Position numbers and translations under genes: made by a program. The notes under the pieces are model-generated. The model was given only the letters and a program-made list of their open reading frames with translations, did no database searches and was not told the DNA's origin. Shown here piece after piece: positions 1-10,586 of a stretch of DNA of 64,000 nt; position 1 is the stretch's first letter, and each line of letters starts with the position of its first letter. The DNA is from Azolla caroliniana (lineage: Eukaryota > Plantae > Polypodiophyta): contig JBHGNT010000036.1 in the NCBI GenBank assembly GCA_043228905.1, positions 62,001 through 126,000 of the forward strand, given 5' to 3'.

Positions 1-169
1 CCCACTTTTAAGTTTTTTATCATCTACCCCTCCTCCAACTTTTCCCCTATTTACGCCTCTACCCCTCCTCCAAAGTTTCCCCTATTTACGGCTCTACCCC
101 TCCATTTTTCCTAAGCCGCCCTATACCCCTTATTCTAAACTAATGATTTGTCCCTATCCCTCATCCCTC

Positions 170-211
<42 letters not shown>

Positions 212-527
212 TTACTTTTTGGCCCTACACTTTTGCCCACATTACTTTCCCTTTTTCCCTATATTTTAACACCCTTACCATTACCCTCTCCTTCCTCAAC
301 ATACACATGTGCACATCCGTTACGCTCTCTCTTACCTTCTTCTTTTTTCTCCCTGACACCCTCTCACCATTCCCTTTTCCCTATCTTTAAAAACCTTACA
401 CCCCACTACCATCCCTTAATGTGCACATATGTGCATAGCACACCCCTACCCCCCACTCCCTATTTTGATCCCACACCCTCACTCTACCCCTCTCCTAAAA
501 TCCTATATAAACCCCCTCCCTCACCCT

Positions 528-592
528 CATGGTCTTATGGCACTGAGGAGCCCTTCGGAGCGAAACTAGTTTGCCAGTTACGTAAGACCATG
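528..592 (+). ncRNA. Type I hammerhead ribozyme with minimal palindromic stem III
   Basis: Core CTGAGGA (543-549) and GAAA (562-565). Stem II gccc-TTCG-gagc has one mismatch. Stem III region aactagtt is palindromic, with cleavage triplet GTT (569-571). Stem I is tggca/tgcca plus an outer helix catggtctta/taagaccatg. Confidence 0.8.
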
Positions 593-804
593 CACCCCCC
601 CACCCACCAAAAACCTAATGTAATTTTCCATAATGATAATTACATGTTTCATCTTTGTCTCTTTGTCTCTCTCTCTCTCTTCCTTTTCTAATTATGTTTT
701 TACTTATGTTTTATCTCTCCCTCTCTCTCCCCCTTTTAATTATGTTTTAATCTCGTTTTTTAGTTGTAAATGGTACCTCTCTCTTTCATTATTAGTTTTT
801 ATGT

Positions 805-1170
805 TAATCCCCTCCCCTCCCCTTACCCCACTTTTTAAACTTTAATTAGGTTTTTAATCTCGTTTTTTATCTTTAATCTTAGGTTTATTATGTTTTAATC
901 TCGTTTTTAATCTTTAATCTTAGGTTTATTATGTTTTAATCTCTCTCTCTTTCAATTTATTTTTAACTAATAGGTTAATCCCTCCTACCCCTCCCTTTAC
1001 CACTTTTTAAACTTTAATTAGGTTTTTAATCTCGTTTTTTATCTTTAATCTTAAGTTTATTATGTTTTAATCTCGTTTTTAATCTTTAATCTTAGGTTTA
1101 TTATGTTTTAATCTCTCTCCCTCTCTCTCTCCCTCTCTCTCTCTCTCTTTCACTTTATTTTTAATTAATA
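805..1170. repeat. Tandem duplication (~180 bp unit) with internal ~41-bp subrepeats
   Basis: Repeated 'ttttaatctcgtttttaatctttaatcttaggtttattatg' units, and 'ttttaaactttaattaggtttttaatctcg' occurs twice. Confidence 0.8.
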
Positions 1171-1476
1171 CCTTGTGTTACACTTAGGGTTATGTTTTAT
1201 TATTATTTACGGTTTAATCATTTTATTAGTTTTTATGTTTAGCCGCCACCCCCCTTCCCCTTTCTCCCTCTCTTTCATTTTTCAATTAGTATGTTAATCC
1301 CCTACCCTTGCCCCCCTTCTTAATACCTACTCATGTCTCTTCGTATACACCAAGCACTCTATCAATTCGGGTGCGCTCAATCAACCTTGGTGTTCCTCTT
1401 CTCCGATATCTCCTCCGCCTGCCGATGATCCACCATTTCCGCACTCCTCGTCTACGACCTCATCGTCAACAATAAC

Positions 1477-3477
1477 TTATGGGCCAATAGTCAAAGCTTT
1501 GGCAAAGGCATGTAAAGGACGTGTTAGTGATTGGTCAAAAATCTTACCATATGCATTGTGGGCTGATAGGACAACTCACAGCACTGTTACTGGATATATG
1601 CCTGCAGAATTGATCACATGATAGAAGTCGATAATGCCAATTGAAGAAAAGATAACTATATGGGTTGTGTTGCCTTGGGAATCTGAAATGAGTAGGGAAG
1701 ATTTACTTGCGATTCGGATACGACAACTTCAATCAAGGACAAAAGACATAGAAAAAGCAGCTACTAGATTGAAAGAGGCAAGAATCAAGAATAAGGACAG
1801 ATTTGACAAGATGAAAAGAATACGACCAAGAAAGGTGCAAGAGGGAGATTGGGTATTAGTATTAGGGATCGGCAACGACTTGGCTCAAGCCTAAACCGTT
1901 TGGCTTATCCGGCTTAAAGTGGCTTAGCGGCTCGTCTTGGCTCGGTTTAGGCTTGAACTTGCCTTAACGGTTTGAGCTCAGCTCAACTCGGCTTGAGCCT
2001 CACCAAACCGGCTCAAGACGGCTAAGCCGTTTAGAAACTTGAGAGAGAGAGAGAGGGGGAGAGAGAGGAAGAGAGAGAGGGAGGGAGACAACAAACAAGG
2101 GGAAAGAGAGAGAGAGAGAGACAGAGAGACAGAGAGGTTTCCAAACCGGTTTTCAAGCCGTTTACCAAACCAGTTCACAAACCAATTTAGCCTAAACCGG
2201 TTAGGTTCAGGTTTGAGATCCCCAAAATGGTTTAGGCTTAGCCGGTTTGGCCAAGCCAAACCGGCTAAGCCTAAACCGAACCGTTGCCGATCCCTAATTA
2301 CTATATGATATTAGCCTAGATAATCAATACAATACTATTCGGAAGTTTGCAAAAAGATGGTTTGGACCTTATGAAGTTAGGAAAATAATAGAGAAGGCCA
2401 CATATTTCCTCAACGAATTGGATGGGATAGAAATTCGTATCCCAATTGCAGGAAAAAGGATTAAAATATTTAAAAGAAGGGAGTCACTAGAGCCCCAATA
2501 TTATGAAGAAGTAGAAGAATGAAAAGAATCGAAAGAAGTATTGGATGAACTCTGCACAACGAATGTGCAAGTTTAGAGGGGGTGGGTGTCGTGAAGAATG
2601 TGCTTCACGATATAAAAATGAACTTATATATTGCATTTTAGAAACTTGAATCCACACCCTTATATATGAAGTACAATGTACATGCCACTAAACTAGGTTA
2701 TTTATTTTTAAAACTATATTGTAAAGAATGTCTTCATGATATAAGAATGGAGCTAAATACTGTATTGAGTAAAATCGAGAGACTTGAACCCTCACCCTTG
2801 TATACAAAGCACAAGGTATACACCACCAAGCTAGGTTAATTATTTTAGAATATATTTCCATCATTATACCTATCTCATATTGATTTTCATACATGAAAGC
2901 TCAAATGAGCGAGATGTCTATCATGCATCACATGTAATGCATGAACGCCAAATGGCAATCATGCATCATATGCATTGCATGCATACCTTGTACCCTCACA
3001 TGCATTGTATGCATGGGGGCACCTATAAAAAGAGTGGAAGGGAAAATAAGCTAATCAATCAAGAGAAAGTAGAGAAATAAGATAATCAAAGAAACAAACA
3101 AGTTAGCTTGTTGGTGACGAGGCTCATGTTTCCAAGTTGGAGTCAAGGGTTTGAATCAAGAGTCAGTAGAGAAAGGGTTCATCTTGCTATCAAGCATTGT
3201 AAAGTTGGTAAAATCTTGTATTCGTAATATACATCATGTTCATATCATATACTTTTTTTTCTTAAATCATACTTTGTCTCTATCTTGGTTCTTGAATCAT
3301 ACATTGTCTTTATCTTTTATCTATACTCGTCTCTCTCTCACACACATTACTTTAAACTCTTATTCTTCTTATCCTTAATCTTCCTAACATTTGTGCGCAA
3401 GCCTTATAAAAGTTCCTTCAACTCCCCTTAACCTTAGTCCCTGTGACTTCGCCGCACAAACCACAACTACCCTGACA
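1477..3477 (+). mobile_element. Ty3/gypsy remnant: integrase C-terminus, PPT and 3' LTR (2587-3477)
   Basis: GPIVKALAKAC..W...LPYALWADRTT and GDWVLV|YD...KRWFGPY resemble the element at 11-12 kb. PPT agagggggtggg is followed by an LTR TGTC...GACA and then ccgg. Confidence 0.85.
1863..2296. mobile_element. hAT-like MITE in gypsy integrase
   Basis: Perfect 15-bp TIR tagggatcggcaacg/cgttgccgatcccta; 8-bp TSD attagtat/attactat; AAACCG/CGGTTT subterminal repeats. Removing it restores the integrase frame. Confidence 0.9.
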
Positions 3478-6077
3478 CCGGTGCACAACATCCAAAGTAC
3501 ACGAGGTCATCCTGCACGAGAAATACTATGGGAAGAAACCGGATCTATCCCATGTAAAGATATTAGGCTCCATTTCATACGTGCACATTCCCGATGAGAA
3601 ACGGCAGAAGCTTGACCCAAAATCAGAGAAGTGCCTCCTCGTGGGGTACTCACTGGAGCAAAAGGGGTACAATTGCTTCAACCCCTCTACTCGGAAGGCT
3701 CGTGTAAGTCGGGATGTCGTCATTGACGAATGAACATCATGGTACAAACCCGAGCAGACTCCTCTTGAACCATCTATGAACGACCTCGACAACACAGAAG
3801 ATGGTGATCAACTAAGGTCAATACTCGAAGAGAGTCCGATCTCAACCAATTTGAGCGGACCACAAGAGCCTCCGAGCAACCGAAGCATATCTCGACCAAG
3901 TCCAAAGATGCACAAAGGGAAGGCCAAAATGTCGGAATATGAAGACGATCACCTCAATGGCAACGAGTCGGTTCACTCACTCGATAGTGAGTTCGATGGC
4001 CTTGATGTGCCTCTTATGAGGTCACTCCGAGTTAAGAAAGCACTCACATCGACAAATGAGAAACTCTGTCACTCCACCCAAGAGAAGAATCCGGTTAGCC
4101 GATTCGTCTATAACGACTATATGGCATATCACTACGCCTTTATGATGAAGGTGGCAGCAATTCGAGAATCGGAGAGCTTTGCCGAAGCTGCTAAAGATCC
4201 ACGATGGGTCAAAGCAATGAACGAGGAGATGCAAGCTCTCAGCAAGAATGAGACATGGGATCTTGTCCCTCACTCATCGCACAAGAAGGCAATCAACTGC
4301 AGATGGATATACAAAGTGAAGTATAATATCGTCAGTTTCGTCAACTGCTACAAAGCTCGACTCATAGGAAAGGGCTACACACAAACACATGGAGTCGACT
4401 AAGAAGAGACCTTTGCCCCGGTGGCAGAGATGACAACTGTGCGGACCGTGATAGCGCTTGCTGCCGCGAAAGGGTGGCACCTCCACCAAATGGATGTGAA
4501 GAACGCCTTCCTTCAAGGTGAATTAGAAGAGGAGGTGTACATGGTACAACCACTCGGCTTCGAATCCAATATTCATCTGAAAGCCGTCTGCCGACTCAAG
4601 AAGCCTCTCTACGGCCTTAAGCAAGCACCATGTGCTTGGCACTCAAAGATAACACAATATCTTCATCGAATCGGCTTTCAAATGTCAAAATCCGACAATT
4701 CTCTCTATGTAAGAAGCAATTCCGAAAGTCCGATTGTCATCATCCTATACGTGGATGATCTGATCATTGGAGGTGAGCATCTAGTCGACATCAACAAGGT
4801 CAAGTCTCTCCTCTCCAGCAAATTCGAGATGACGGACATGAAAGAGTTCCATTACTTCCTTGGCATTGAGGTAATTCCGACTCCAACTGGAATAATGATC
4901 TCTCAACAACACTACATCCTCAAATTGTTATACAAGTTCGAGATGACCGAGTGCAAATTTGTGGCAACCCCTCTCGATCGAAACCTCAAACTAGATGCCG
5001 ACTATGGCACCACAGAGTGTGAGCCGACTCAGTATCGACAATTGATCGGGAGCCTTTTCTACCTCACGATCACTCGACCCGACTTGAGCTATCTGGTCGG
5101 CCTCCTTAGCCAATTCATGCACACTCCACGAGATATCCATTTGGATTGTGCTAAGGGAGTGCTACGATACGTGAGTGGAACGATGGACTATGGCATTCTC
5201 TATAAGTCGGCCATACAATTCAACTCGAAGGGTACACAGATGCCGACTGGGCCGACGACAAAGCCGATCGACGATCAACCTCTGGTTTTGTCTTCTCCCT
5301 TGGAAGTGGAGTCATCTCCTGGATTAGAAAGAAGCAACCAACCATCGCTCTTTCGAGCACAGAGGCCGTATACAAGGGCGCGACGGTGGCTGCATGTGAA
5401 GCCGTATGGCTCAAGAGGATATTGAAGGATTTGGGTGTTCCCATCAAAGATCTGATTCCCCTTTACTGTGACAACATGAGCAGTATTCATTTGGCTTGGA
5501 ACCCGGTGTTCCACGCATGCACAAAGCATATCAAAGTGCACTATCACTTCATTCGATAGTGCATTCAGGCTGGAGATGTCGAGCTTCAACACATCAACAT
5601 AAATCTTCAGACAACTGACATCTTCACCAAAGCCCTAGGAATCGACAAGCTTCGACAATTCATGACAGACCTTGGATTGATGATCCCTGACTTGCCAAGC
5701 TTGAGGGGGAGTACATCCGAACCGGGTAGCAACCGAAGCGGACAAGCCGACCAAAGTTGAGCTTGAGGGGGCATGTTGAGAATCAAGCTCAACCTAGTCT
5801 AATGTGTGAACACACCCTTGAGAGTGTATGAACACTCAAAGGTCAAAAGTCACACCACTACTCTCTACACATAACTAATGAGTTTCCACATTCCCCATGA
5901 CTCATGAGCTTCCGTAGTTAATGAAGAGAGAGAGTGACTATATAAAGCACTCTCCTCCTACTTTGTAATAGGTCGGTTAATCTCCTTTGTAATATACAAT
6001 CTTCTTGAGTATTTTCTATTTTCTATTCTATTGATCTTGTGTCTCTCTCCCCTCTCTCTCTCTCTCTCTCTCCCTCC

Positions 6078-6151
<74 letters not shown>

Positions 6152-6204
6152 ACACACATCTTTAACCTATTCCGCTGCACAAGAATCACCATCGATTCTT
6201 TACC
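3478..6204 (+). mobile_element. Ty1/copia remnant (integrase 3' part, RT, RNase H, 3' LTR 5774-6204)
   Basis: [23 protein letters not shown] and RNase H motifs with stops. PPT ttgagggggca precedes LTR tgttgagaatcaagctc, the same family as the 33583/44102 LTRs. Confidence 0.92.
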
Positions 6205-9200
6205 GTAACACACCGAAGACTTTAGGCAAAAAGAGTGGGGAGCCTCGCCTTAAGAGCTACCCCCATGTGGAGTGGACATTGATCTACACTGAGGAAGAAG
6301 GGGACCTGCTTCTTATTCTTGCAAAGTCTGAAGGTGAAGGCAAGTTGCAGGTGGGAAAGACGGAGCATTGAATATGAAGACAACGACTCATCGAACCTCT
6401 TCTTCGATGTTGATAGCTCGGTGGGGGTTCGTAGAGTCAAGATTGATGAACGTAATTTCAGGACTAACTCCTACCACCCTAAAGCCCTAAAAAAGGATGT
6501 TCAGACAAAAAAACAACTTGATTGTTGCTTTGCACCCGTACATTAAGGGAGAGCTGATGGTCACACAAGCAACAACCCCACCAAAGTCTGCCAAGAAGTC
6601 CAAACCGGAACATAAGAAGTATAAGAAAAGATAGCAACCCGAAGAGGACGAGTCGGAGGTTCTTGAGTTCGTAGAAGATGAGGAGGAAGAAGTCGAGCTC
6701 GAAGTTATTCCTCCAAGGGGCCACATTTCATTGGGGATACGCACCTTAGAGCAAAACTAGAGTAAAGAAGATATTGTAAAGACGAAGCTTGTTCGTAAAG
6801 GAAAATTATTTCACTTACCAATCTACTCTATTCAACAGCCACCCATCGATCTGGAGACAAGAAGACATGCTCTAGAAATTAGAGAGCCACATTCAGTGCA
6901 TGTGTAGAACTTAAAAAGCAAAATGAAGATTAATCCACATGCGACTATAGTACCATTCTTAGTAATGGTCGACCCAGATCAATGCCCTACTGTTGTTGAC
7001 TTCAAGTACAGTTTGGTAGATGACTACACATACTATGTGATTGGAGGATCCCACTCTGCTGAAGGTCGACGTCAATTGGTCAAAGAGTATCCTCTTACCC
7101 CTTTCTTCAAGTATGCAGAATGTAAAGTGTATGCAGGCCTTACACATGAAGAAGCCAAGTTGTTAGCTTGGGATCATAACAACGATAATGAATATAGACA
7201 AAAGATGTCATTTATCGATCGCATCAGGTTCTTCCATCACGAGTACCTTGATGCGCTGCATACATTTGGTCCTCGGCTACATCTTGGATTGCGACGACAA
7301 TGTCTACTTGAAGTGGGGATAGCAGTTGACGAAAGCACCAAGTCTGAAGGCCTGAGAAAATATGACTCATGGTTTCAACTTGCCTTTAGAACAGGGGAGG
7401 TGTGGGACCTCCAAGATCGCATTTTTTGTATGTGGGAGCGTAAAGAAATAAAGGGTCAAAAATCAAAGAAGGCTAAGCTCGACCCATAGATGGAGATGAA
7501 ATCTAAGTCACGTAAAAGTGACTTAGTAATTGAAGAGTTAGCTGAAGATATGAAGCTACTTCCTTGGTGGTCACTATAGGATTTAAGGATGATAGATTAT
7601 TGATATCTGTATTATCAAGAGTGGCCGCCAAGGAGTTTATCCTTGACGAAATGGTCACAAAGTTTAAAAAGTGAGTCATCTATGTGCATGAATCATTTTG
7701 ATTTGATTGCTTTGTTAATTTGTTCTTTATTCTAATTTTAGTTTCTTTTGTTTTTTAGCCATAAGGTGTATATGAAGATTCAAGAGTTGATGATGAAAAA
7801 ATTGAGCCTGCCTACGTGGGAAGAAGTGGAGCAATCTTGCCCAAAAACATCATCTTAGAAGGCTCTTGAAGAATTCTTTATCGTGTTTAGAGAATGGGTA
7901 TGTATGTTCTACAAATATTAATTGATTTTTTGATAATGATTTTCTTCTTACAAAAATTATAATTACAGAAACCACCTTGTTCAAAGAAGAATGGTGATAG
8001 CAATGAAGGCATACCTAGCGCCTTCATCACCCATTTGGAATGAGCTAAATACGCGAAACAGATGACAAAAGGAAAGGAGCTCGAGGTGCTTGAGGACACA
8101 AATACCGTAAAAAGCTTTTTGCACAAGAGTGATCCTTTCCGACAATTATATTATAGTGTATATAATGGTGATGTGGGTAATATGCTTGACATATTACCCA
8201 AGAGACATTATACATTGCTCATGGCGGATATAACGTATGGCTTCAGAATATTAGGCTCAACATACGACGATGTGCCATACAAATATCCGCAAATAGAGAA
8301 GATAATTAAGGACTTTGTGGAGTTGACCCTAGCACCATTAGGGCGTATTGTTATATTTCACAGTATGGGTTAGACGTTATAGGTCACGACTACATTGAGG
8401 TCGAATGCCACCAAACATATGCATTGGTAAGCATTATATTACTATATATTTAATGTATGGATTCTATGTTGATTACTACATATTTATTAACTTATTTCGA
8501 TTCAATTATACAATAGGGTTAAACGAACATAACTGGTACCCCGGGTGATCGAATGGTGAGCGTTGTGGCGCACATGTGTGTGGGCTACTACGACACAATT
8601 TCTAAGAAGAAGGCTTGGGCACATGTTAATGAGTGGAATGTTGTCAACTATATCATGTGCCCAACTGTAACAAAGAAATTGTGCCACGTGTCTGGCGATA
8701 AGAGTTTAGTAAACCCTTATCAAAAGCCCCAACGATTGATAAATCGATTGGTCAACTTGTTCTCGAACCTTGATGATTGGGTTCTCGACTTATTTTCTAG
8801 AACAGGTAATCTCATAAGTTTCATCAATTTTTTTAAAAATGAAATATTATTTCTTGTCCCGTTTTCTTACTTTTGTATGTGTGATTGTTTATTTAGGAAC
8901 GACGACTGCATGTGCTCTTAAACTGTTTAGGAACTGTGTCGCATTAGAAAAGGACCCCGACAAGTCAATTTTATTAAGATGAGGATCCAAGGCATTTGGG
9001 ATTGTCCCGACAAGGACCAAGAGGTTGGGGCAAAGCATATCAACGAAACGGAGATGTTTCAGTTGGCCTCCAGAGAGCCGATGGAACCTATAGACAAGGA
9101 AGGAGGCGACCTTGTCGACCTTGAAGATGCACCAGGTTCTGATCATATACAAGATTCAGCCGAGGAGACATAACATGTTGATGTAGCACCACTGTCAATT

Positions 9201-9242
9201 GATCTTGGAGAGCAGCCTGTTCCAGACCTCCTAATGGAGTGA
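6205..9242 (+). pseudogene. Intron-containing ParB/Srx-like domain + beta-class N6A/N4C DNA methyltransferase gene, degenerate
   Basis: ParB-like motifs IRE....HV.NLK..M, YYVIGGSHSAEGRRQL and VYAGLTHEEAKLLAWDHN. MTase motifs YNGD...L..LP, LLMADITY (8227-8238), WVK, NPYQKP..LI.RLV, WVLDLFSRTG|TTTACALKLFRNCVALEKD. Predicted GT-AG introns 7671-7758, 7898-7968, 8427-8516, 8806-8896. Several in-frame stops and frameshifts. The 5' end is cut by the copia LTR. Confidence 0.8.
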
Positions 9243-10078
9243 TTGTATATTAGTTTGTATTTGTAACTATAAAATTGTAACACTAAACTTGTTTTGGAAT
9301 ATAAGATTATTTTGTTTGAGTACCATTTCTTTACACTATATGATTGGTTTGCAAACTTTAATTGTCTATCATATATTTGCATTGGTTGACTCGCAAAGTA
9401 TGTGGTTGTTAAGTATAATTTTTATTGAATAGATGATGAACTTATCGATTGTATGACAAATGTTGGTTATGATTGTTTCTTTATTAATATAATTGAATTT
9501 AGCTTTATTCTAGGATTTCTTAGCTCTTTAATCTTGGTTATTTACTTTTGAGTGTATAGAATAATACTAAGTCAACGTTGTTGCTCACTTGATCATACAT
9601 TTAGGTTGTTCATATATGATTGGGATATAATGTTCGTAGAAGTTTTCGGGCATGTGAGGTATATAATGTGATATTCACTTGTGAATATGTGTTTAATTAT
9701 ACCAAAAATGCAATTTTCTCATTTAATATAGCAAGCTTTATAGGAGTTAGATAGAAATATATCATTAAAATTGTGTTTCTAAAATTGTTCAATTGGATTC
9801 AAATTCAACATTATGTAAAATGAAGCATATTACAATGATAGTTGAAAGCATTCTCGTAATCCAAGAAAATGTCTGGCTAAATATGTGTATGAATTGAGAA
9901 AATACAGGTTTAATTTGAAATCTTGATAATATTAACTGTGTTTTTTATTGATGTTTTTAAAAGTAATGTGCGTATGCGTAATACATTCTTGAAAGTTTGT
10001 TAAAAAATTGTAATTCTTGACATCTCATGTATTTATCAATAAAGGAATGCGACATATTACCTGTTCTAAATGAGCCGG

Positions 10079-10438
10079 TGTTGTGTGTGCACCGATGCGC
10101 ACAAATCAAGTATTATGTACAGACATAATGTAAATAGCATTAGGACTGGTAAGTAGGTGGTGGTAGGAATTAAAGGGGGTACTTTAAAGTCCCACACGCA
10201 CAGAAAAGAAATGAAAGGGGAGGGGGGGGATCTCTAACACTGATCACAATGTAACGGTGTCGCGTGGTTACACACGTGTGTGGAGAACGAGGCGGGGCCA
10301 TCGGGGCCTCGGACCGAGAAATAACCGAATGAAGGGAGGGGAAGGACTCTTACGATGTAATTCACACGCGCACAGACCCACAGAATCACAGGAATTGCAA
10401 TTAGCTGCAGAACGCCAGATGGAGATAAAACGAATGTT

Positions 10439-10480
<42 letters not shown>

Positions 10481-10526
10481 TGAAGGTGTTACAACCGGCA
10501 AGCCGGCGAGTGATGGGCACCGACGC

Positions 10527-10586
<60 letters not shown>

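Larger units (their letters stand above)
1..1476 (+). mobile_element. Putative Penelope-like element terminal (pseudo-LTR) region
   Basis: Pyrimidine-rich repetitive block with TATAAA (~506) just before the hammerhead, internal tandem repeats and a possible ORF start at ~1333. It joins abruptly to gypsy integrase sequence at ~1477. No RT or GIY-YIG sequence is visible. Confidence 0.4.

Noticed and set aside
148-845. Small ORFs in the CT-rich block
   Set aside because: Low-complexity translations of repeats with no motifs.
6205-9242. Bacterial or phage contamination, or DIRS-type MTase, as the source of the methyltransferase
   Set aside because: Spliceosomal-type introns and nested plant retroelements argue against contamination. 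No DIRS RT/RH or terminal structure is visible.
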